From a virus (Duplodnaviria; Caudoviricetes), in the IMG/VR virus record IMGVR_UViG_3300027668_000020, positions 1 through 58,206 of that record: a stretch of 58,206 nt of DNA. The stretch is one strand, 5' to 3'. Position 1 is the stretch's first letter. The number at the start of each line of letters is the position of its first letter. The translations under genes and the position numbers were made by a program. Below the pieces are notes generated by a model that was given only the letters and a program-made list of their open reading frames with translations, was not told the DNA's origin and did no database searches. This document shows positions 19,501 to 28,095 of the stretch, piece after piece.

Positions 19501-22500
19501 GTTTGTCTCTGAGGCCATGAGTAACTCTGCGTTCCAACAGAAACTGGCAGGTATGAACCCTGATGGCTCTCCTATTGGGGCGTTGGAGAGGTTCTTTAGA
19601 ATCATAACTAACTTTGTACGTGTTTTGTTAGGGGCTGACACTAAAACCACTGGCTCTGCATTGGATGCGACTGACCAAGCTATAATCTCCTTATTAGCCA
19701 CATCTCCTGACACCCGTGGAGCAGGTAGTACTTACGCTAACGCTACTCGTGATGGTGTAAAGAAGATAATAAAAGATTTAGGGTTAATACAAAAAGGGTT
19801 CCCAGCCCCCACGCCTAAGTTCAAAAAGCAGTTTGGGGAGGACGGCGCTACGTGGTTAGACAGCGTTGAGTCACTAGTTACTAAGTTCGAAGCGTTGCAG
19901 TTACTAGATACGCAGGCTCTTGGGGACGTAGCGGAAGCACGGGGCTTCGGAAACTTAGGTAACTTACTACACAAATCAATCCAAAGACTGCGTGGGGGCA
20001 TGGACGAATCGGACGTGTACGTAAGAGAGCGAGTGCAGACCGTTGCTCGTTGGGCGCAGAAAAACCCTGAGAAGAACAAAACGTTAGGTCAGTTAATTTA
20101 TAGTAGAGAGTATGGAGCTACCATATACCAAGTAGACCCTACGCTAAAAGAAGATGCAGCAAAGAAAAAGTATGGTTCTGGCTCTGACAACTTTATGACG
20201 TGGAAAGAGCAGCGGAACGACTGGAATGCTCTAGGTAAAGACGGACAAGACACATACGTGTACCTACGAGATACGTACCGACAGCAGTATCAGAGCATGA
20301 AAGCTATTATCACAGGCCGTATGGAAGAGGTGGTAGGTAAGGAAGAGGCGGACAAGCTAACGACTAGTGTATTTGACAAGCTGTTCGACAAGAACACTCT
20401 AGATGTCTACTTCCCACTGGTACGTAATGGCAAGTTTAAACTATCCTACGTACCTAAGAAGACGGGTCAAGTAACCCCTGACCGCGATAACTATGTGGTG
20501 GAGATGTTTGAGAACGCGGCTGACCGTAACAAAGCTAAGAATGAAGCTATAGCTTTGGGTGCTACTGGGGTAGAAACCGTGGACGGAAATATATCTGCGA
20601 GTGATTTCCGTAAGAACGCCCCTGATGGAGGGTTCGTGAACGAAGTGCTTACTATTCTACAAAAGAATGGCGTAAATAGTACCGTACAAGATGACGTTAT
20701 GAACTTGTTTATAGATTCATTGCCTGAAACTGCCCTCGCTAAAAGCCTTAAAGGACGAACAGGTATAGCGGGATACGACAGTGACCCTGTTGCGGCTATG
20801 AGAAGTAAGGCTTTCGATATAGGTCGCCAAGTACAGAGAATAAAGTACGCTGGAAACATACGTGCTATAACGTCTGAGATAGACAAGGTAGCTAGGAAAC
20901 TGGAAGTAAACAACCCCAACAGCGGAACTACTAGTTCTATCGCCAAAGATATGTTGGCGCGAGCAGACTTTGCCGTCAATGGCGCGGGTAATAAGTTTGT
21001 GGAAGGAATAGTTAAAAACATTAACCAAGTGGCCTTTATCTACACTATTGGATTCAATGCTTCGTCCGCTATAGTTAACTTGAGTCAGTTACCTCTTGTG
21101 GTTGGCCCTATGTTAGGTGCTGAGTTTGGACATATTAAAGCAGGTAGGGCCATGAAGGAGGCTACGGCTTTGGTTAAGTCATCTGGTAATACGTTACAGT
21201 CTTACTTTGACATGACTTTGAATAAAGCTACCGGAGAGTATGAGTACACCCTAAAGAAAGGGCTAGACCCCAAGATAGAAGCGGAGTTTAAAGACCTAGA
21301 GGTATTGGTGACTATGGCTTCAGGGCGATCCTACCTAACGCAGTCGTATTTAGCTGACGCATCGGGGTTAGATGAAGGTACACAAACGTTCGAGTTCATT
21401 AAAAAGAAATTTGGTGTGGAAGCATCAGGACGTGTAAATCAGGGTAATGTAGGGGCTAAAATACTAAACAGCGTATCTTCCCTGTCGGCAATTATGTTTA
21501 ATGCTGGAGAGAAGTTTAACCGACAGGTGACTTTGTTATCTGCCTACAAGCTGTCACTAGAAAACGTACAGACCAGAGAAGGTAAGAAAAAGAAAGAGGA
21601 TCAGCTATCGACAACCGATATGCAGAAAGAAGCCTCTGAAGATGCTCTTTATAAGTCTATGGAGTATAACGGTGGTGCGGTACTAGAGACAGGTTCTAGA
21701 GTGTCTCAGCAGGGCTTTGGGCGTGTAGCGTTTATGTACAAGAACTACGGTTTTCGTATGTACACCACTATGTTCAAGACGGGTAAACAAGCCCTAGAAC
21801 TTAGCTTTGCTCCTAAGAAGGGAGAGACTGCGGCACAGAAAGAAGAACGTATACGTCAGAGAAAGATAGCTTGGGGCAAGTTACGTGCTATCCACCTATC
21901 CTCTCTTTTGATAGCGGGTATACAAGGTATGCCTATATACGGCGCGGTAGCTTTGTTTATAGACCTTACTATGCTGGAAGATGACGAGGATGATGCAGAT
22001 ACCGTAATCCGCAAGTACTTTGGTGAAGGTTGGTTCAAAGGGCCAGCAGTAGACGCTCTGGGAGTAGACTTCTCTAAACGTGTTAGGTTGAATAGCCTAT
22101 TGTTTGAGGCGAACAGGTATAGTAGAGACTCATCTCTGGAAGAAAGTATACTTTACCATATCGGTGGCCCCGCATTGAGTACTGGAAAGAGGATGGAGCG
22201 TGCGATTAACGACTTCTCTGAGGGAAATATACAGCGTGGTATAGAGAGCGCCCTTCCCGCAGGACTCACAAACTTGTACAGGAATAGCCCACTAGGCAGG
22301 TTCCAACAGGACGGAGCTATGGAAACTCGACGCGGGGACGTTATATACGATGACTTAAATGCGGGAGACTTCTTTGCTGGTATGGTGGGCTTCCCTCCCA
22401 CAGGCTACACGTTTGCTCAAGAGCAGTCGAACGTAGAGCAGCGTATAAACCGATCTGTAACTAAGGAAAGGTCTAAGTTGCTGAAAGAATACTACGTAGC

Positions 22501-22729
22501 ACGTAGACAGGGTGACTACCCTGAGTCTAGAGAAATAAAGAAGAAAATGCGGGAGTTCGGTAAGAAACATCCAAGCGCACGAATAACGTACGATTCTTTG
22601 AAACGGTCTTACAAAGGACACCTACGTACCACGGCTAAGATGCACAATGGCACTACGCTAAGTCCTATGATGAAGTCGGTGTTAGAGGCGGAACGACGAG
22701 AGTACGATACTTCTAGTTTGTTTGACTAA
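16565..22729 (+). CDS. 2054-aa large polyvalent ejection protein with zincin-like HExxH domain
   Basis: AGGAG RBS; TLLHEATH with downstream EFVSEA; Ala/Gly-rich N-terminal membrane-like segment; last gene of the + arm. Confidence 0.7.
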   Translation: MPYSVRSEDGYTLNGIPDNLEPNDPQVLAELDKLRAKNAAPQKVAKPRPSRASSRIAEESSGIIGNILKGFGSGATGMLESAALGAATLLEEEAELEARSKIREAFDIDMLKGADQDSIAYKLASGIGSIAALAPAALAGPAALPVAGVVAAGAGAGEASERARAYGATEDERNIAALKGTAIGLTELAPFGRLAKGLSRGANKAFDMPKIDAGVDKVLDLLGPKAVTSINSRIRNVAGTGLVEGAQEGAAAILQNLTEQGYNPEQVLVDTGVLEEAAIGGGAGAILQALADVIGGRRGVRQGTGIEGDSAETAGVEEATLPVTEETDADVIAKSNAEEAEAAIQETEAKVVTEADLEEVTSEEPRLGATETETETEAATVSFNILEEKSANTDVDVTQEVTQRTSQGVSQEDAIAEVNTLVDAKIAEQADAGVLDETRSRDSVPVVKEAPPETEVITTESETVVDGGVDNTEQGATDTAKGESGKPSTLAQAMSTLNGKPVTYQAGSRDSEAEVARKRGKKELTAFEKAEELKVSQEFNRSQSGKAPIMNRAKNVGINYDAEKQNLRKNQKVSAKEADKLVTAKVEAKEKEIVAKQNTINEVLGVSAIEAVPQDSPNYSTDVETITPKLVKELGLTGRNKVFGDKLISAYQETGSPEITRGDLAAVLRQADENTQVVFENAKDTILAREVKKPESQQLDEVAVEKEARKSINGMLSLDNKGKAYVNKHVGQRAKPKEKAPDTTPKTDDVRDKAILKKAGKTIGSEKGDAAGKPLTPQQITERSQEVIDTEGLEQFVEPNLRVAPKDETSDQKVERLRLLAKEDQAFVDQIEDRLAGATAIDLDITLLPKSYINELDGVVTGDIQKLVRKGDLRGALMALSGASTDSRVKKIARVLATAVGAAKVKTADGPDSFVSKDGTLYIAEGPVYIHTLLHEATHSAVNKILDNKGSPATRKLEQLFKEVKPQLDSAYGAKNLKEFVSEAMSNSAFQQKLAGMNPDGSPIGALERFFRIITNFVRVLLGADTKTTGSALDATDQAIISLLATSPDTRGAGSTYANATRDGVKKIIKDLGLIQKGFPAPTPKFKKQFGEDGATWLDSVESLVTKFEALQLLDTQALGDVAEARGFGNLGNLLHKSIQRLRGGMDESDVYVRERVQTVARWAQKNPEKNKTLGQLIYSREYGATIYQVDPTLKEDAAKKKYGSGSDNFMTWKEQRNDWNALGKDGQDTYVYLRDTYRQQYQSMKAIITGRMEEVVGKEEADKLTTSVFDKLFDKNTLDVYFPLVRNGKFKLSYVPKKTGQVTPDRDNYVVEMFENAADRNKAKNEAIALGATGVETVDGNISASDFRKNAPDGGFVNEVLTILQKNGVNSTVQDDVMNLFIDSLPETALAKSLKGRTGIAGYDSDPVAAMRSKAFDIGRQVQRIKYAGNIRAITSEIDKVARKLEVNNPNSGTTSSIAKDMLARADFAVNGAGNKFVEGIVKNINQVAFIYTIGFNASSAIVNLSQLPLVVGPMLGAEFGHIKAGRAMKEATALVKSSGNTLQSYFDMTLNKATGEYEYTLKKGLDPKIEAEFKDLEVLVTMASGRSYLTQSYLADASGLDEGTQTFEFIKKKFGVEASGRVNQGNVGAKILNSVSSLSAIMFNAGEKFNRQVTLLSAYKLSLENVQTREGKKKKEDQLSTTDMQKEASEDALYKSMEYNGGAVLETGSRVSQQGFGRVAFMYKNYGFRMYTTMFKTGKQALELSFAPKKGETAAQKEERIRQRKIAWGKLRAIHLSSLLIAGIQGMPIYGAVALFIDLTMLEDDEDDADTVIRKYFGEGWFKGPAVDALGVDFSKRVRLNSLLFEANRYSRDSSLEESILYHIGGPALSTGKRMERAINDFSEGNIQRGIESALPAGLTNLYRNSPLGRFQQDGAMETRRGDVIYDDLNAGDFFAGMVGFPPTGYTFAQEQSNVEQRINRSVTKERSKLLKEYYVARRQGDYPESREIKKKMREFGKKHPSARITYDSLKRSYKGHLRTTAKMHNGTTLSPMMKSVLEAERREYDTSSLFD

Positions 22730-22764
22730 AAAAACTCCCTGCCGCCTCGGAAACGGACAGGGAG
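22728..22764 (-). terminator. intrinsic terminator at the convergence of the two arms
   Basis: On the - strand, CTCCCTG..CAGGGAG stem followed by T7. Confidence 0.75.
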
Positions 22765-22778
22765 AAAGGGATAAACTG

Positions 22779-22994
22779 CTATAGGGTACGCCAAACACGT
22801 ATCCCTAACATATCATCTTGTATTATAACTCTTATTTCTAACTGCCAACACCTACGTTTAAATATATCTTTGCACTGCGCTATAGCTTTCTGAGTGTTTA
22901 TACAGGGTACAAAGACTGAGGCTCCTACAACCATACTGCCCCAGTCTATAACTACCTTAACTCCATCAGGGTCAAGGTCATCTAGTTTAAGCAT
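22779..22994 (-). CDS. hypothetical protein
   Basis: 71 aa, overlaps the primase stop; W..M.VG.SVFVP...GIRVWR. Confidence 0.65.
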   Translation of the reverse strand: MLKLDDLDPDGVKVVIDWGSMVVGASVFVPCINTQKAIAQCKDIFKRRCWQLEIRVIIQDDMLGIRVWRTL

Positions 22995-25809
22995 CTACGG
23001 GCGTGTCTACAGACGTTTTAGAGCAGTCTACAGCCAATACTCTCGACGGAGGTAGTTGGGTAGATGTACCCTTAGTTAGCCGCATAGTGACTGTCTTAGC
23101 CGCCATATGCGAAATCAAATCCGCCTTAAACGAGCTGTAGTTTATATCCTGCTTACCGCACCATGCTTTCAAGGGCTTGGGGGTTAAGTATAGAATCTTT
23201 ACATCCGTCTCGTATCTACCTACCAAACGTACTCTTGGATCAACTTCGGGTATCACTAACTCGTCTAAGCCGTTATCTTGCGGCTTTCGTAGATCATCGG
23301 TGCTACGTATCTTTAGGATGCTACCCCAGTTCTCGTGCAGGTAGTTGTTTAGCGTCTCTTGCACAGATGAAGTCATATCACTCACGTTCCTTAGATTTTC
23401 TTTTAGCAGTCCTAGTGAGTAGTTCATTAGCGGCTTCGGTAAGTAGGGTAGTAGACCTAGACGATAGGCTATCATAGCGCCAGTAATCGTACAGGCTACA
23501 CCTGCTGACCAGAAACGGTTCTCTGCTTTAAGCCCAGCCTCCTTGTCTATAGCTTTCTGTACCTTTCCCAGTAAAGCCCTGACCGCTTCTAGGTTATCTA
23601 TAACGTACTGTATATAGATAATACCCGCATGACCGTACAACACCTCTGCGTTTTGAGCATGGGCATCAGTAAGGTGTTTAGTCTCCGACTCGTTAAACAA
23701 CTTCGTAGCCTTAGTCTCCATCATCCTCTGGGCTTCTGCTTTCGGCATAGCCTTAGCTAAACTAACTTTCTCGATGATACTAGTGTTACCTGTTGTTACC
23801 GTTAGAAGGCTCCAAGGCTCACCCCTAGCACGTTCTATGTTACCTCCACCAGCCATACGGTTCTTCTGCCTACCTCCAGATAGTTGATAGATCATGTCAG
23901 AAAGTTCGTCTGCTTTGGCGTTAGTCATCTCATCAATGTACAAAGGCAAGTTATGGTACACCTCCCCGCGTAACATCCTAGAGTTTTGAGTGTCGTTCTT
24001 CTCTATCACCAACTCTTTTGGCTTGCCCCACACCGAAGCCGCTACGTACATAGCTGTCGTTTTGCCTAAACCAGACTCTGTACTGTGTACATGAAAGCCC
24101 GAACAAGCTATTGGGGACAGAGCCATAAGAGGAGAGCCGAAACTTGTAGCTACAATGTATTGGTGTAGTTCAAAGCCATCACGGTTATAGAAGCCAACCA
24201 TCTCCTTCCACTCTTCCATAGTGCCGCTTGGCTCAAAGGCATGAAACAAGTCTCTGGTTGGCGTAGATGGAGGGTTAGACTCTATGCGATCTGCAAATAT
24301 TTCTTTATCCCCAAGCACGAAAGACTCAAAGTCATCACCTGTCCAACCGAACTGCCTACGTGCGTGTTGAGTAGCGGTGGTTGCCTGTAACTCGTTAACC
24401 CACCTAGTCGTGTAATTCATAATGTCATCCATTTTAGTAACAGCTACACCGTGTAAAGCCATCTGTTTGCGAAACTCCTCTCTAGAAGTTACAGCGGTTA
24501 GAGGTACAGTAAACTCTCTGACCCCGTCCACAGGCAGATGAAGACGCATAACTATACCCTCACCGGATTCAACGTCCTGTATACGTTTAACTACATACAA
24601 GTCGTTATGGTAGATAAGTTTTTCATCCATATCCCCATCGTCGTTCTTAGTGCGTATGTATACACCACCCGTAGCACCTCGGAAGTAGGGTTTAGGGTAA
24701 GGAGGTATAACGTATGTAGTACTAACACCGGAGTCTTTCTCCATAGAAACTACGTTATCTTCTTCTTCCGCTTCCTTAACACGTTGTCCTAGTACTATAG
24801 GAGAACCTATCTTACCCCAGTGTTTACAGTCTGTGCATACGTCAGGTCTGTTATCGTTGAACGTATCGCACCTGTGAACATGTTTTGTTGTGTCATACTT
24901 ACTATCTGTTTCTGCGGGATCGTAGTCATCGTACCCCCGTGATATTTTATGTGCGCCTTCTCTACCACCATCTACACAGTGTTTTATGATAGACACAGCG
25001 TCAAACCACAAGGGTTCGCTAATCTCGTTAGGGTTCTTGAGTACGTGCGCTATCTGAGCACAGCCATCTCCCCGACTAGTCTTGGCGATAATATCCTTAA
25101 AGTAGTTCTCTTTGTTTTTGTACAGCCCTTGCACCACCGCACTAAACTCTTCTATAGGCGAGGGAGCTGGTATCGGGTCATAACCTAGTAGTTCAGAGAA
25201 ATCATCGAAGTTAACCAAGTCCTGCTCTGTATTACCAAAGTACCCAACTTTAGAGGGGGGATCAGTTTTGTGATTATGCGTAGAAGGTATACGTAGTATC
25301 CTAGCCGCATCTGACGTTACTGCGTGGTCGCATATAAGCCCGTGGGTCTTAGTTAAAGCCTTTAGGCGTACAGCTACAGGGAACCAATCGTCATACGTCA
25401 CAGGTTCAGACAGGTGCCAGTAGACATGTATACCGCGACCTGAGTTAACAAGTATAGGTATGGGCAGACTAAGGGTCTTACAGAACTCTTGTAGCGCGAC
25501 TACCGCCTTTTCCTGAGTAAGGTACCCTTTATCTTCATCGACTTTAGTTTCACCGCAATCGATGTCAAAGAACAACGACTGTAGTTTATGTACGTTAGAA
25601 ACCTTCCGCGAGGTAGGCTCTTTAAATGTTGCTAAGGCAAAGTAACAGTCGTATCCATCTGCATCTAGTTCGTGCGCTTTGTCTATCATCTGGTCTATAG
25701 AAGACACCAACTTCTGATATGGTGCCCCGCCAGCTTTTTTGTTATGCGCCCAAATGCAGTATAAACCGCTATCAGCTAAAGCCCTTTGCAAAAATGATTT
25801 AGTATTCAT
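22987..25809 (-). CDS. primase-helicase (AEP/RepB-like N-terminus + DUF927-type SF3 helicase)
   Basis: FFDID, SGRGIHVYW and RILRIP primase motifs; Cys cluster; Walker A SGLGKT; Walker B YIDE. Confidence 0.85.
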   Translation of the reverse strand: MNTKSFLQRALADSGLYCIWAHNKKAGGAPYQKLVSSIDQMIDKAHELDADGYDCYFALATFKEPTSRKVSNVHKLQSLFFDIDCGETKVDEDKGYLTQEKAVVALQEFCKTLSLPIPILVNSGRGIHVYWHLSEPVTYDDWFPVAVRLKALTKTHGLICDHAVTSDAARILRIPSTHNHKTDPPSKVGYFGNTEQDLVNFDDFSELLGYDPIPAPSPIEEFSAVVQGLYKNKENYFKDIIAKTSRGDGCAQIAHVLKNPNEISEPLWFDAVSIIKHCVDGGREGAHKISRGYDDYDPAETDSKYDTTKHVHRCDTFNDNRPDVCTDCKHWGKIGSPIVLGQRVKEAEEEDNVVSMEKDSGVSTTYVIPPYPKPYFRGATGGVYIRTKNDDGDMDEKLIYHNDLYVVKRIQDVESGEGIVMRLHLPVDGVREFTVPLTAVTSREEFRKQMALHGVAVTKMDDIMNYTTRWVNELQATTATQHARRQFGWTGDDFESFVLGDKEIFADRIESNPPSTPTRDLFHAFEPSGTMEEWKEMVGFYNRDGFELHQYIVATSFGSPLMALSPIACSGFHVHSTESGLGKTTAMYVAASVWGKPKELVIEKNDTQNSRMLRGEVYHNLPLYIDEMTNAKADELSDMIYQLSGGRQKNRMAGGGNIERARGEPWSLLTVTTGNTSIIEKVSLAKAMPKAEAQRMMETKATKLFNESETKHLTDAHAQNAEVLYGHAGIIYIQYVIDNLEAVRALLGKVQKAIDKEAGLKAENRFWSAGVACTITGAMIAYRLGLLPYLPKPLMNYSLGLLKENLRNVSDMTSSVQETLNNYLHENWGSILKIRSTDDLRKPQDNGLDELVIPEVDPRVRLVGRYETDVKILYLTPKPLKAWCGKQDINYSSFKADLISHMAAKTVTMRLTKGTSTQLPPSRVLAVDCSKTSVDTPVDA

Positions 25810-25829
25810 ATCCGCATCCGAGAGGTAAG

Positions 25830-25881
25830 GTAGCAGGGGTGCATATGCACCCTCTTCGGTGTATTAGTTACGCCTAGCTAC
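25830..25881 (-). ncRNA. candidate three-way-junction leader RNA upstream of the primase
   Basis: P1 GTAGC/GCTAC encloses GGCGTA/TACACC, a GAA linker and a 16-bp perfect palindrome (25837-25852). Confidence 0.35.
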
Positions 25882-25903
25882 AGGTTATTAGAGGGGGGAG
25901 GTT

Positions 25904-26647
25904 TTACCCGTCCCAATTATCCACGATAGATGCTAAGTCTTTGTCTTCTTCTTTTGGTGCTACGGACTTCTTCTTAGCTGTTTTCTTAGGTTGCTCTATA
26001 GGAGCTTCTTCCAGTGTATCATCACCGAACAAGTCATCAGATACTACAACAGGTTTTTGGTCAGCATTAACTTGTGCTGAAGCTACGTTAGCGGTAACGG
26101 TTTCAAACGGGTTACCACTATCCATCTCAAATCCATCTGCTACAACACCGAACGGTGAGGCGGCTTCCATAGGTAGGTACTTGATAACCTGTACAGCACG
26201 TAAGCGAACAGATACACCTGCGTCACGCATATTGTAAGGGTAGAAAGTAACAGCTACGTTAGCAGTACTGCCTGTGGTTAGCTTAAAGTCTTCTGGTAAC
26301 TCTTTACTCTTAGCATCGAACTGCTTCGGAGGATTAGTAGCGTCCTTGCCGTAGGAGGCTTTCAGTACAGCTTTACCTACGAAGGTACCACTTTCTTCTT
26401 TTTCAAAGGGAAAATCAATCTTCTCAGGCCATCCTTTCTCTTTGGCTTTAATATAAGCGTCAGACATTTGCCCATACAGAGCCTTGGCCTGATCCTTGCT
26501 CATACGAAACTTAGTCTCGTACTTAGCGCCATCCTCAAATGCATCACAGGGTACGCTCTTACCGTTCTCACCTGCGGAAGCATCATACCGATAAGGCTGG
26601 TTGATACGAGGGTAAAGTATTTCTACGTTTTCAATTATATAACTCAT
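25904..26647 (-). CDS. single-stranded DNA-binding protein (T7 gp2.5-like)
   Basis: GVSVRLRAVQVIK OB-fold motif and an acidic C-terminal tail ending in DNWDG. Confidence 0.7.
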   Translation of the reverse strand: MSYIIENVEILYPRINQPYRYDASAGENGKSVPCDAFEDGAKYETKFRMSKDQAKALYGQMSDAYIKAKEKGWPEKIDFPFEKEESGTFVGKAVLKASYGKDATNPPKQFDAKSKELPEDFKLTTGSTANVAVTFYPYNMRDAGVSVRLRAVQVIKYLPMEAASPFGVVADGFEMDSGNPFETVTANVASAQVNADQKPVVVSDDLFGDDTLEEAPIEQPKKTAKKKSVAPKEEDKDLASIVDNWDG

Positions 26648-26648
26648 G

Positions 26649-27317
26649 CTACATTCCTTTCTTGGTTGCGTTTAATTCAAAACCTTCTACTACTGCGAAT
26701 GGAGACTTAGGTTCCGCAGATACATCTAAGCTAATAGCCTTGAGTGTATCGGGGTGGTTCTTCAACTCTGAAACCTTTTCTGCCTCGCCTTCATACAGAT
26801 ACCGTATCGGTCTAAAATAAAGTTTAGGGATCGGACTATCTTCATCAAAATACACCCGCGTTACTAAACGGGTTGCTACCCAACCTCTGCTAGACAGAAA
26901 CTTAACATAGTCTTGCATCGGCAAGTGTACACCGTTACCTCTACCATATATCGAAGTAGCGGGTAACTGTAGTTGGATTACCTTATCTAGCTCATCTGTA
27001 AATACTACAGCTAGACGTTGGGCAAACCTACAAGCACGTCCGCGATTACTCCCTGACCCACGTATGTTCTGTGGGCAATCCATACAACGGGCGGCTTGCT
27101 TGCTCTCTTGTGGTACATCTTCAGACGGTCTTTGCGTATCCGCTGACCAGCACGTAGGTGCTGATGATCTGTTGGGGTCGTAAGCATTTTCAAAATATGA
27201 CCTTGAGATCGGGGCCGCGTTGACCACTACAATGTCCACAGAGGAACCTTCTATGGTAACGGATTCCAAATTATCCACAAGAGAAAACTTCCTACCATAT
27301 AAACTAATTCTTCGCAC
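26649..27317 (-). CDS. Cys-containing replication protein, possible second SSB/annealing protein
   Basis: CWS, CMDCPQN and RACR Cys cluster; located in the replication module. Confidence 0.55.
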   Translation of the reverse strand: MRRISLYGRKFSLVDNLESVTIEGSSVDIVVVNAAPISRSYFENAYDPNRSSAPTCWSADTQRPSEDVPQESKQAARCMDCPQNIRGSGSNRGRACRFAQRLAVVFTDELDKVIQLQLPATSIYGRGNGVHLPMQDYVKFLSSRGWVATRLVTRVYFDEDSPIPKLYFRPIRYLYEGEAEKVSELKNHPDTLKAISLDVSAEPKSPFAVVEGFELNATKKGM

Positions 27318-27318
27318 A

Positions 27319-27642
27319 TTACATGTCCTCGTCGAATAGTTCTTCTATATCAACGGACTCAACTACCGCTTTTGAATCCTTTTCCTGTACATGTTTAGCT
27401 ACCCTAATCTCTGCCACCTCTTGTGCATTCTTAGGCTTTGCAGAGTTACCAGATACTGCTGACCCGTTAGATAGCAAGGCGCTAGTGACATCTGAGAGTT
27501 TAAACCTGTACGTGTTACCTGCCTTAATAAAGGCGCTTCGGGGTATATGCCCCTTGCGTATCCATAGCCGTATGGTTGTTACCGATACTGAAAAGTGCTC
27601 GGCTAGAACCTCTATGGGCACAAAAACTTCTGCATCACTCAT
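27319..27642 (-). CDS. excisionase/MerR-like HTH DNA-binding protein
   Basis: LAEHFSVSVTTIRLWIRKGHIP...GNTYRF. Confidence 0.8.
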   Translation of the reverse strand: MSDAEVFVPIEVLAEHFSVSVTTIRLWIRKGHIPRSAFIKAGNTYRFKLSDVTSALLSNGSAVSGNSAKPKNAQEVAEIRVAKHVQEKDSKAVVESVDIEELFDEDM

Positions 27643-28037
27643 TATTTTTTCCTCACCGCTACTGCGTATTCTGAATCTACATTAAGACCTCTTGGTACAA
27701 GGTCGGGATTATCTTCTAAAAACTGCCGGACATTACCTTGGTTAAGACGCTTGTCGAAGAACTCAGGTACATCATGCTCTTTAACAAACTTATACATAGA
27801 CTCCCAATCGCTAGTCCAGTACCTAGTCTTAACTGACCTATAGAATAGACCTGCGGAAGTCTTGACACTCTCTACGCCTTGCTCCTCGCAGTATGTGAGA
27901 AGTGCCGATTTAACCTTCTCTAGTTGAGTTATAAGTACTTCGTCCTTCTCTTTAAACTCTGATGTCAACTCTACTCTCTTAGCCTTGATCTTCAAGTAAG
28001 TCTCAGTCAACTTCTCGGCGGTTACGTTACCACTCAT
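27642..28037 (-). CDS. conserved phage coiled-coil protein
   Basis: 131 aa; SVKT..G, DW..MY.FV, L.KR pattern seen in phage replication modules. Confidence 0.65.
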   Translation of the reverse strand: MSGNVTAEKLTETYLKIKAKRVELTSEFKEKDEVLITQLEKVKSALLTYCEEQGVESVKTSAGLFYRSVKTRYWTSDWESMYKFVKEHDVPEFFDKRLNQGNVRQFLEDNPDLVPRGLNVDSEYAVAVRKK

Positions 28038-28066
28038 AACTTCTTCCTTTTATTGACGGGATGTTC

Positions 28067-28095
28067 ACTTTAATGGCTCTTTATGCCCTAGTCAA
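28067..28095 (-). promoter_or_regulatory. sigma70-type promoter
   Basis: TTGACT-N17-TAAAGT upstream of 28037. Confidence 0.55.
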
